A model generated the notes under the pieces. The model was not told the DNA's origin. It worked only from the letters and a program-made list of their open reading frames with translations, and did not search any database. 64,000 nucleotides of DNA from Takakia lepidozioides (taxonomy: Eukaryota > Plantae > Bryophyta): positions 16,182,001-16,246,000 of the forward strand of contig CM060732.1 of assembly GCA_030704615.1 (NCBI GenBank), written 5' to 3'. Positions 49,185 to 60,217 of this stretch are shown here, in pieces. Numbering within the stretch: position 1 is the stretch's first letter; every line of letters begins with the position of its first letter. A program made the position numbers and the translations under genes.

Positions 49185-51280
49185 TTCTTCAAAGATTGAA
49201 GTTGGCTGCTGCTTGCCATTGTGCTAGAGCTTGCACATAAATAGGCAGGTCGTAATGCTGTGGTGGGCTTACAATTACTGGACGCAGATATCGTGTGTGC
49301 CTCTTCAGCTTCGTTCTTTCGCCTCGCCTCACCCTGCCATATACAAGAATTAAATTCTCTGTCTCAAATGCAAACACTAAATTACATGGTGTCCTTGAAA
49401 AAGCAAGGGGAAGGCACGTACTCACCACTTAGGTCAGAAGCGTCGGGAACGTCAACCAGCACGTCATCCCCGATCCAGTCTGAACCACCTGCACCTCCAA
49501 AGGTTCCTTCCAATTGCATCGCTGGCTCTTTCTGTAGTGTCATGAGTCTCACATCCATGAGGGTTGTGTCATTTGATAAAGCAACAAGTGCCGTCCACTC
49601 ATTGATGCGGCGATCATCGAGTTCCCTATCCCTGTTGTGAGATCCAGTACTCTACCGTTCGGTTGACAGCAGGCAAGGAGTATGGTCTGGTAAAACGCTG
49701 GTGACTTCTCCAGTGTCCCTCTGTAACTATTCTCTCCATTCTGCGTCAAGTGCTCGTAATCTGTGTTATTAAAGAGAAGGTCATGATGCACAAGGTCGAC
49801 ACTATCATCGACTTGCATTGACTCGCTGTGGAGTTGAGAGGGCGAGTTCTCCTTCACAAGGCAGAATGCAAAAAATATCCTTGTCTGCATGCAGGGAAAT
49901 GAAGAGTTACGATACCCGACAGAAGAGCAGAAAACAGATGATTTGATATTTACAATTCCCTGAAGTATCGTCCTGTCACTACAGACCACACTAACAATTC
50001 ACTACTACCCAGCAGGCCGCACAATTCAGATAAGTGTAGCATGTCACCTCTTTAGTTCGATTGGACATGAGGGGAAGCTGGTCGATGCAGGTCCACTTCT
50101 TCTTCAGAATCGCGTATTCTTTGTCATAGTTGTCCAAACCTCTTGCTCCGTTCTGTTGTCCCCCTTCGTGAAGAGGACAACGTAACCCTTGTAACGGACG
50201 AGCTTCCCTGCCAATGCCAATGCGTACATGATGGCCTTTGGGCTCTTCTCATTCCATTTTGGGACCTGAAGTTCATTCCCAACTTCCTTTGCTGGGGTGC
50301 CATGCGGGATGTCCACCATCAGAAGATCAATAGCACCAATAGAAGATGGCTCCCCCTCAATCTCTGAGAAATGGCCTTCCGTGGACATGACAGTCAGCCA
50401 TTCGTCCAGCTGCTTTTTGGCGGGGGGCCAGACCGGCCCTCTCTTCCCATCGATCATGGAAATATAATCGGCATGGAGACAGGTTACTGCATAGGACTGT
50501 GGGACAATGTCTCAAAATGTCCGTGCTGCGAAGGGCTTGGTCTTCACTAAAACTAGATTTCCTGCAAACTGCTCTTGGGCAGAAGTACCCGCCAAGAGTC
50601 TTGCCCCCCCGCCCTCGCTTCTATCCGCCACGGACTGATCAGTGCTTGGCGTCGTGCTGCCTGGACTGCCCCCGGCAGTGGTTTTGGAGACTTTGCTGGC
50701 CTTGTCCCCTTTCTTCTTCCCGGCCCGCCATCCTTTTCCCTTTGCTTCTCTTTGGTTGGCTTCCTGCTCATCATGTTGACGGAGCCGCTCTGCCTCTGCT
50801 GCAGTTTCAAGGACCGCCTGCTGCTTGGCTGCCTCCTCGGCAGCTGCCTGTTCATCCAGTTCAGCAGAGCCGTTGATCAAAACTTGTGTCGCGTCGTACT
50901 TCTCCTTCACTTCCACGGGTTTCACTTCCCCCTTCATGTTCAGCCACCATGGACAGTGTGGATGGACATACCGACTATAATGCCTCAATTGAGCTCGACA
51001 GTACGCTGTTGTTTCTAGGAGCTCGCTGACCCACGTTTGCAGGGGGGTCGTGTGGATCAAATTCTTCTCACCTCGCAAATACCTATGAATGTACCTACAC
51101 AGGAATACAATGTGAGAGCATGTAACACTACAAAGAATCGTTGCTTTTCGCACCCGACTCGGGGTTGCGATTCTGTCCGAAAGAACTGCACCTGCGACTC
51201 AAGGTTCTGAATGACGACTTGCCAGTCGTCGCAGGCCACGCTGGCATGGCGGATGAAGATCAGAAGTCGCGGAAACCACT
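49185..51280 (-). pseudogene. C-terminal half of a ParB-MTase family gene (copy D): beta-class methyltransferase-like domain
   Basis: HCPWWLNM, AIDLLMVDIPHG...PKWN...LVRYKGYVVLF (50104-50457), HHDLLFNN...YRGTLEKSPAFYQTILLACCQPNGRVLDLTTGIGNSMIAASMSGRH (49549-49870); homologous to copies C and B; the last exon runs into the end of element A. Confidence 0.8.
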
Positions 51281-51744
51281 GCGGTTTCCCACCAATTTAT
51301 AGGCCGATTTCCAAAAAATAGGAAAAAAACATATTTTTTATATTATGAAAATTTGCAGTTGTTTTAACGACTATGGGTTGGACCCCCCGGGGACATTTTT
51401 ATTAATTGTAACCCATATGGCACTATTTCTTCACTACAATGACACGCATCGATTTTTTATAGAATAAAGGAGACTCTCTCTGCTCCGTAAATCGCGGTGA
51501 GGGGGCTGAGGACTTAGTGAGATTTGCAAGTCAGACGCAACCTCCATCTCTTTCGTCTTCCCTTCACTCAGCTACTGCGACGAGTGCAACCCCCTCTTCT
51601 TTCATATCCTTTTTTCTTTTTGTGCACATCTGCTCTCAACTCAGAGATTCTGAAGCAGCCTTCTCTCTAGGGTTTTCAATCCCAAAAGCTTCATCTCTTC
51701 GCTCCCCTTGTTTTAGCTCTTCACTCTACACTTTGTGTTTGCAA

Positions 51745-52187
51745 TGCGTGTGTGATCCTGGCAGCCCTGGAAAAGGGCAAAGAGGTCCATGCTGACATTG
51801 TCGAAGCTGGAATCGTACCAGATGTTGTTCTGAACACTGCTCTGATGAACATTATGCGAAATGTGGGAGCATCGAGGATGCAAAGGGAATGTTGGACAAT
51901 ATGGCCGAACGAGATGTGGTGTCTTGGACTGCGATGATCACAACTTATGCACAGCAGGGGGGTAGGGTGGAGGCTTTGGAGACCTATGAGCAAATGATGA
52001 GGGAATGGGTGAAGCCCAACCACATCACCCCAAGTTAGGTTTGCAAGGTGTGTGCGAGTCTGGCAATGCTGGATAAGGGCAAGGAAGTCCATGGGGACAT
52101 TGTCAAAGCTGGAATTTTACCAGATCTCATTCTGAATAGTACCTTGGTAGACATGTATGCTAAATGTGGGTGCATTAAGGATGCCAA
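51745..52187 (+). pseudogene. PLS-class pentatricopeptide repeat gene fragment
   Basis: GKEVHADIVEAGIVPDVVLNTAL, RDVVSWTAMITTYAQQG, CASLAMLDKGKEVHGDIVKAGILPDLILNSTLVDMYAKCGCIKDA, with frameshifts. Confidence 0.85.
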
Positions 52188-52267
52188 GGGAGACGGACAT
52201 ATGACTTTATGACTATCACTCTAATGCATTTTGCCAGATCATCACATGGATGAATGACAGGGTGAGT

Positions 52268-55209
52268 TGTTAGAGGGCTGCTTGGGACTTAGACGCTTTT
52301 ACGGGTTATGTGGGGTACCCTTAATTTTTGCGCAGACTGAGACCAACAGGAGCCTTAAGGGTGGCAGCAGCAGGCTTTGGAGGGGTTACACAGCCCGACA
52401 CAGCTTTACACAGCCCGTCACAGCCGCCACAGCCCGTCACAGCCAACACAGCCCGACACTGCCCGAGTTGTGATGAATGTCAGAGGCTAAGACCTTTGCA
52501 GAGATCTGGGAAGATGGCTTTGCATCCTACGATGCCTACTGAACCATTCAGAAATGGGGACTAGACTTTGTTGGACCAATTAACCCACCGGCCAAGAATA
52601 CACAGAACAAGTACATAATTACAGCCACTGATTATACTACGAAGTGGGTGGAAGCTAAAGCTTTGAGGGACAACACAGCCAAGTCCACAGCAAGGTTCCT
52701 GTATGAGAACATACTTACACGATTTGGCTGTCCCTTGGAATTTATCAGTGACCAGGGAAGTCACTTCATTAATGAGACCATTGAATTATTGACTAAAGAG
52801 TTCATGATTGTGCATAAGAAGAGTACAACGTATTACCCACAGGGTAATGGGCAGGCAGAGGCTACCAACAAAATACTATGTACTATCTTGGCTAAGATAG
52901 TCAATGGAAACAGAACGGATTGGGATGCAAAGCTGCTGACAGTTTTGTGGTCATACATGACTTCATATAAAGTCACCGCTAAGTATACACCATTCCAATT
53001 AGTTTATGGTATGGAAGCTTTACTTCCAGTGGAATTCTTGTTACCTACCATGAGAACTGAATGGGGAAAAAGAATGGAATTGGAAGATTCAATTAAGGTC
53101 AGGAAACATGAATTATACCATGTGGAAGAAGTACGTGCTGATGCTGCTGATAACATGACCAGAATTCAGATGAAGAGGAAGGAAAACAGTTTGATGAAGG
53201 CAAATTAAAGACTTTTAAGACGGGAGATTTGGTTCTCTGGTTGCAGAAGAAGGGGAAGATTAAAGCTTCTAAGCTTAAATCACCATGGAAGGGACCTTAT
53301 GTCATACAGAAGATGTATGATAACAACTCAGTCATTTTACAAACCATTAACAAAGAGATGCTGGGAAGAGTCAATGCCAATAAGTTGAAGGGGTACAGTG
53401 GTATCCATGACAAACCATTGCAGCACGATTTGCATGTTGAAACGCAAAAGCAGTCACGGGCTGCGCCAATGATACCAACGGAGTATGGAGCACTTGTCGC
53501 TAAGCCGAGCATATATGACCAGGGCAGGAACTATAGGTGTTCGCATACCTATCACAGCCCATCACAGCGTCACACAGCCTATCACAGCCCATCACAGTGC
53601 CACACAGCCTATCACAGCCCATCACAGCGTGACACGGCCTATCACAGCCCAACACAGCCCATACAGATTACACACTCCATAGGGTCAGTGACAGGTGGAC
53701 GCGAATTAACGTTAGAAAAGTGGTCATCAAGTGAAGAAAAAGTTCGGAGGTCAAACTTGGAGAATGTGCCACGCGGAGAGGGGAAGACGGGGGCATGTTC
53801 ACAGCCCGACACAGCCGACACAGCCTTACACAGCCAGTCACAGCTCGGCATAGCTTGACACAACCTGTCACAGTACGTGGCGGCTAAGGCAAAGCACACT
53901 GCGCTGCATCAATTGCAAAAGTGAGTTTCATCATGCAAGAGGACAAATCGGGCCGTCAAAGTACCTACCTGGTACAACAACTAATACTAATTGTGGGCCC
54001 ATTAATGCATTCAGTGCCAGGGTAACGGAATCCTTTTCGAGTTCAGAAAAGGGAAACCTATGTCACATGTGCTGTCCTACTGGACATTCAAGGTGGAAAT
54101 GTCCATGGAGGGGGGTGGAAATAAGGAATTATCTAAGCAGTCCACAGTCAATCAGGAGTGAGAATTACATGCAGGTGGTTCCCTCCAAGAAACAAGAACA
54201 AGAAATAGGAAGTGTTATGAGCGGAAGAGTCGGAGTGGTTCTGAATAGCCAAGCTCTCGACGGAAGGGGTAATCAAAGCACTAGCCTGGTAGCTATGGCA
54301 GATGTAACCGATTACACACTCGCTTTACTTCTCATGCAGTGGCGCAAGGACGGACTCATTGAGAGTATATTTTCTCTCACTCGTTACTTGCAAGCCCCAC
54401 AGGCTTACCTGTTCCATTCTGTGCCAACCATACCTTCATTCTCTGTGCCCTGCAAGCTTTCCTTCAGCTGTTTCAAACAAAGCCTTTCTGTTTGTCTAGA
54501 ATGAAGAGAGTGAGGGGAATGGAGGATATCAAGGTGAAGAGCACCACGATACTGTAGAAGCAAACAATTGCGGCACCGCAGGCAGTACAGCTGCTAAGGG
54601 AATTGCGATTGGAGGGGCTGTTACGCAAGGACTGGTCCTTGCATCATCGGCAGTTCATGATACAATTTCTTCAGAACTTTGAGCCTCAGACGGGAGTTAC
54701 TCAGGTGAGGGATGTAGATATAGAAATTACTCCCCAGTACCTGCAGCAATTGTTTGATTTGCCATCAGGACATATGGATGTGGATGAGCACAGGGCAAGA
54801 TTGCAGATAGGGAATTTGTTCCAAGAAGGGAGTTTCTTTAAAACTCAAGGTTACGCTTGTACCAAAGCCGAGTACCCAGGGCTTAGGGAAGTTGGCCAAA
54901 TATTGAACGTTCTGTTTGCCATGAAACAGAACCAACAGTATTTGAGCAGGTCATTCACAGAGGAGATCCTGAAGGCTTTGAGGGGAGAGGATGTCGCTTG
55001 GGCGGAGTTAATGTACAATGGATTGGTGGACGAGATGAAGAGGTTACAGGGCACTGCTGCTAAGTTTCCGATCATTGTGTCTGGTCCAGTCATTGCCCAA
55101 ATAATTCTTGATTCTTGCATACTTGATACTCGGGAACGTAAGGAGATGGGAGTGTTTGAGGCAGAAACCACTGCAATTGAAGAGCAGGGCTCTTCACACA
55201 GTGAGGGTG
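52268..55209 (+). mobile_element. Internally deleted Ty3/Gypsy element: LTR start, integrase, 3' accessory ORF; cut by element B
   Basis: TGTTAGAG LTR start; CDECQR, WGLDFVGP, TDYTTKWVEA, RFGCPLEFISDQGSHF, YYPQGNGQAEATNK, KSPWKGPY (52470-53400); 30-bp tandem repeats at ~53548-53660. Confidence 0.88.
54501..55209 (+). pseudogene. Gypsy accessory ORF downstream of integrase (resembles plant retroelement extra ORFs)
   Basis: FMIQFLQNF...VRDVDIEITPQYLQQLFDLP pattern; one stop near 54555; interrupted at 55210. Confidence 0.45.
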
Positions 55210-55999
55210 GAGGTTAGCTATTTCATGAGCATGAGCGGCATGAGCGGCATGAGCGGAGTAGCAAGACAATTGGTTTTCATGAGCAGAAGTACAAATTTCG
55301 AAAATAAAAAACATTATAAAATATTAATTTAATGCAATGTGTCAGAAAAAACAAATATATTATTCGGCACCTTGAAGGGAAAATTGTAGTTTTGAGAGTT
55401 GTGCTCATCATATTTTGTCTTCCGCTCATGCCAATTCCCAGCGACATTTGCAAAAATGGCGCCGAATTTCGCGGTAATAGGGTCCGTAACTGGAAAAAAC
55501 CGCGACGTATTTCGCGGTAATAGGTCTCTCTGGCGAAAAATGGTGCCGAATTCCTCGGCTATAGGTCCCCTCATGATAGGTGTATAAGCCCAAAATTTGG
55601 AAATGTGGCGCCGAATTTCGGTACATGGTGCCGGGGATTGCACAGATGTTGGGCAGTTTTGGGCCATGTAACTGGAAATTCGGCGCCATTTTTCCAGACA
55701 CGGGTACCAGTGCATGTTGGGACTTAGCTAGTTTTCGGCCCAAAATAGAGAAATTCGGCGCCATTTTTCCAGAAATGGCCCCACAACTGCTGTTCGATCT
55801 CAGTTTGAATGGAATATTGCCTCATTCCAGGAGTTTTGGGGTGCATTTCATTACACTACAAAAAAAAGTCTGATACATGAAAATGCAATTGAAATATCCA
55901 TATGGAGGATTCCCTTTGCCCCATCAATGATTTCTGGAATCCCTAAGGAGGAGTTTGTGCAGCTCGTTCACGCTCAATGCCAGTGCATGAATAAAGTCA

Positions 56000-58350
56000 T
56001 CAATAGTCACGTTCATCCTCAACCTCTTCAGGTAAATAATACAGATGCTTGCACGGATAATACTTTGAACCCTTCTTTGCTTCCATCAACGAGAAGTCCG
56101 TACAATTGCAAGTCGGCTCCACTCCAATCGTAATTGTGTATACATCGTCGCGTACAGCCGAGCCGGCCGTTGCCATCCGAGAAACACGCCCAAGGCCGGG
56201 TGGAGGTACGTCCACGGAGCTCTAAATAGTGCAAGCCATCCCAAGAGCATTGGCAATCCGAGTCTCATTCAACTTGTTGGGAGGGTGTCGTCTCTTCACT
56301 CTTCCAAATCGCATTGTGGGATGTGCAAAATTGTCCAATCCATCTCTACTAGACCGAGCAGTCTGCAATGGCTGGGTCTGAGGAACCGGAAATGCGTGGG
56401 CCGGGACGTCTGTGCGTTGCACCATTTGAAATCCTGCTGCAGATAGAGCATCCGCCTCATTCTGAGAGAGGCTGCAACCCGGTGCAACAGGCCAGACACC
56501 CGGAGGCTTCGGCATTCCCTGAATCCTGTACTTGGGCTTGCCAAATACACAGGTCATTATGTCGTGCCTACAGAACCAAAATGTCTGCGTTGTGGCGTGA
56601 GCAAATGTGGGAGTCAAAAATCTGCCGCTGAAACAAGGTGCAGGTACAGCACCGTGTGGGTTCCTTCGAATCATCTCACCACAGCGTGCTCTCGTATCCA
56701 CCTGGATGGCGCAGCACTTCCCTCGAAATGCCGGCAATGTCCTCGCAATTCTCCACTGTGACTCCGACACTCTTGTCTCCACAATGGGAATGTTGGCTCG
56801 TTATGTTGTCGGGGCACGCGCCTTGTGCTCAGCGGGAGATGGCAATCTTGAACGTGCAGGACTTGCGGTGCTCGACGAGACCTCCTCGGGCAACATCACA
56901 GGACCACGAGGGAGCGTGCGAATATTCTTGTCAGCTCGCCATGAATTCTCTTCTCCGCCAGGTGCCTCGTCAAGTCTTCGTCTCACTGGACGGGTATGAA
57001 CATCTCCTTCCAAATGTTGGCCTCTTCGAAGCAATGGCGTGTCCCGAAGGCATTCTCGCAAGGCCGCCGCCCACTTCCGAGGATTCTTCGATCTGGAGGC
57101 AGTCCGCATCAGCATTTCCTGCCTGTCCCCCTAAGCCCCACTGTTTCCCTTTCAAGAACTCGTTGTACCTGCTTTGCTGCATAATTGACCTCACAATGTC
57201 CTCCGTTGTGGCAGTGAGGATGTCCACCAGATGCGCCGCAGAGGAGGCACGCCAGGAAGAGTGCACTGATTTGGCCATGTTTGTCGTGGGCATGTTGGTG
57301 TCGGAGTCGAGACACATTTCCTGCACAAGCACATGTTGAGGTTACAAGCAAGTTACAAATAATGCCAAGAATAATATTCAACGGGACGCGAATTCGTGCA
57401 ACTCACCTCCCGCATATAGTCGCCGAACTGGAGGAAACGATAATGCCACCATGCTAGCCAACTGACCATTGCTCCCTCGTCTGATTTCCTTACAGCACCT
57501 GACGATGTCCACCAAGCCCGTATACATGCAAACTGTGTCTCTGCATCATCCAAGGTGGGAGCGCGCTTCCACGCAAGACACATGGAACGGTGCTCCTCTC
57601 TGAAATCTGGCGCCACGAGCCTGGTTGTGTACTGCGAAAGGCTCTGCAGAAAATGGAACCCACAAGATCTCTCCTTGCCTTCCATGGGAACATTGGGGTC
57701 TTTCCCGTACACCCTTCGGATGGCAGCCCAATTTGCTTGTGCGTTGTCCGCCATGAAACCACGGAAATTGGGAGGGGGCAATCCCGCCTTGGCCATCTGT
57801 TCATTTATTCCCTGCCAAAGAAGCATCTCTGATTGTGTGTCCTCTCCTTTCATCTCACAAATAGCAATTGTCATTAGCATCCTGCAATGGGTGTCGTAGA
57901 CATGTGCACCCATTGTCACCCACTGGTGATTTGTAATTCGCTTGATATGGTCGAACATGACCCAATTGTTTGACAAGTCCCCACTCGTCATCCTGTCGAC
58001 CACTTCGATGCCGCTGCCAGGTCCACACGTCGACATTTTGAATACGAAACAACGATATGCCTCAGTCCCTTGTCCTGGAAACCGACTTCCATGAATGTAG
58101 TCATATCCACATCGTCGCTTCACCTCCAGAATGGAGTGCATATCCGAGCCACGCCCAATTTTTTTTTGCATGACACAATGTGGTTTCGGACATTCGGTGA
58201 ACAGACGTGGGACACCGACTCCAGCAATGCCTCCATTTCCTTGTCATCGAGAGGAACTCTGTCGGAGCCGTCTTCCGACATAATTCTGGCCAACGCCATC
58301 TTATGGGCGGCTTGGAGCTGTATCTGTTTGGGTTTGGCACCCGGTGAATT
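56000..58350 (-). pseudogene. MULE-type transposase with SWIM finger (element B); GCM-like N-terminal part missing
   Basis: CGYDYIHGSRFPGQG..CFVFKMST.G.GSG, WVMFDHIK, FMADNA, CGFHF (CxxH), PTTNMAKSVHSSW (E->K), CNCTDF...CKHLYY; intron 57321-57406 at the same position as in element A. Confidence 0.85.
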
Positions 58351-58755
58351 TCCATCCGGGGGATGTTCTCTGTCGGACAGGTGCTGGCCTCTCTGCCCCA
58401 GGCGACTTCATCCGTTCGGCCCCGGTTGGATATTCGGTGCCGAATTTCCATTCGGGGGTAGTAATGTGACGGCACGGTGCCGGCTTCTCCCCTTCAGCCA
58501 ACATCATCCGGACGGCCCCCCACTTTCTGACTGCATACCGTTGGCAGTTATTGCGCAAAGACCAGGGGCCGCATTCCGGAGACAAGGTTCATTAACACTC
58601 TGACTGTGGATTTTTGAGATAGTTGGCTCCCTGGATTTGGATCAGGCTTCGTCGCTCGGACAAATCGGCACCGCATTCCTTCCCATCGCTGCATCCCCCT
58701 TCTACCAGGGAGCTTGCCCGCACGCCATCCTGGTAGTCTTGTGTGCACATCTCCC

Positions 58756-59289
58756 ATGGCGGAAAACCCGAGCGCTACAGTGTATTGCCCTCCTCAAGAG
58801 CATAGAGCTTCATTTCCGTGCAGAGGGGACATCTGCCGGGTGATGGAGAAATATCTATGCGTTCGATACCACCTGAAACCGGGGTCGGTTTTTTTGGAGG
58901 AGGAAAGGAAGGACTCAAACGGAGTTGTTGTCGAGAGTATTGTTGTGCTCCACGATGATTTCGGCGATGGCAGGGAATGGCAAGTTCCACCATCGGACAA
59001 CGTCATATACAGGGCTGTTGGGGACTTCATTTGCCCGCCAAATGCACCTTCTATCCTGGCGCCTTTCATGAAACAATCCGCGAATCAAAGAGTGGGTACC
59101 TCAAAGAGAGAAGTCCGCAACGAAATTATCCGCGCTCCGAATTACCTGCAGGATGGAAATCCGGCGCCACATTCCCATCCTTCCGCGCTCCGCATTACCT
59201 CTACGTTGGAAATTCGGGGCCGAGTTGCGTCATATTTCATCCGACAGGGAGGGCTTCATCCGACATTTAATTGCGTAGTTGGGCATTAA
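58756..59289 (+). CDS. Domain X ORF, homologous to the N-terminus of transposase A but on the opposite strand to transposase B
   Basis: VYCPP...F..RG...R....LCVRYHLKPGSV.LEEE...GVVV...G.EW.VP....V.Y...G aligns with VTCPP...F...GG..R....LLARYCLNPLSI.FEQE...GVVV...GDPWLLP...VGY...G at 40030-40270. Confidence 0.6.
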   Translation: MAENPSATVYCPPQEHRASFPCRGDICRVMEKYLCVRYHLKPGSVFLEEERKDSNGVVVESIVVLHDDFGDGREWQVPPSDNVIYRAVGDFICPPNAPSILAPFMKQSANQRVGTSKREVRNEIIRAPNYLQDGNPAPHSHPSALRITSTLEIRGRVASYFIRQGGLHPTFNCVVGH

Positions 59290-60217
59290 ATGTCCACCAC
59301 CGTCCGTTTTGATTCGGGCTGGCGATACAGGGATTCCGCGGTTGCTTCCTCGATACGTACCCTAAATCTGATGCTAAACTTGGATTAACTTCTATTCGAG
59401 GCATGTACCCCAAAAAACTGAGATCTTTTTTCTCTTTGGCTGGGACTTATGTCGCCTGAAGGGCGAGGCTCTCCTGAGAGAGACCCCACATCCAGACCGC
59501 GGCGGAAGTTGAGAGCTTTGTACTTTGGACGACGGCCAATCTCTCGCATGCCAAACTTAAGCTCCAGCAGGAGATTCCAGTGTCTTGCTCACAACCCGCG
59601 CCAACTGAAGCCGAGTACTCTCAGGCAAGCCACTTCTGCTTTCGCTTTGTTCGCTTTCGCTTTTGCTTTCGCTTTCACTTTGTTGTTTCGCTTTGTTTTC
59701 GCATCTTCATCCTGGCATCGCTGGAAGCGTATGGTTGCATCGCAAAAGCAGGAGCTGTTGCGAAGAATGATCAAGGTCTGAGTGGTTAAAAATTAAGGAA
59801 ATCCATGCTGAGCTGAGAAGAATGTCTGAGCAGATGAAGTGCCTTCAAAACATTTCACCCTGTTTTCCCGTCTTATGGAATTCCTGATCATTTGTTCATT
59901 GTGTTTCATATTACCGGTTGAGTGAACCTTACATAGTTTGCAATGCGTGTGCAAAGCCGGCAGCTCTGGAGAAGGCTGCTTGTGCATGTCATTCTTAGGC
60001 ATTGTTTGGATTTGTTTTCATTGTTGTTCCATGGCACTCCATACTTCCTAAACTTGTTTTGTTTTCATTGTTGTTCCACGATTGTTGCTATGGTGGTTGC
60101 GCTGCTCATTGCGATGCTGGTTTTGGCACCGATGTTGGTTCTCACAATTTTTGGGAATGACAGAGTGACAACGAGCCCGGCACGCTGGTGGTATCATTGA
60201 CAGCTCCAACTCATTGC

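Noticed and set aside
39997-51280. Transposase A and MTase copy D as one convergent two-gene element
   Set aside because: An element terminus lies at 49184 between them, and the A palindromes stop there; the linkage claim rests on element B instead.
37250-52395. ~130-bp inverted repeats (37250-37381 / 52268-52395) as TIRs of one 15-kb element
   Set aside because: Both start TGTTAGAG and read outward, and the right copy continues into a Gypsy integrase; better explained as two oppositely oriented LTR starts.
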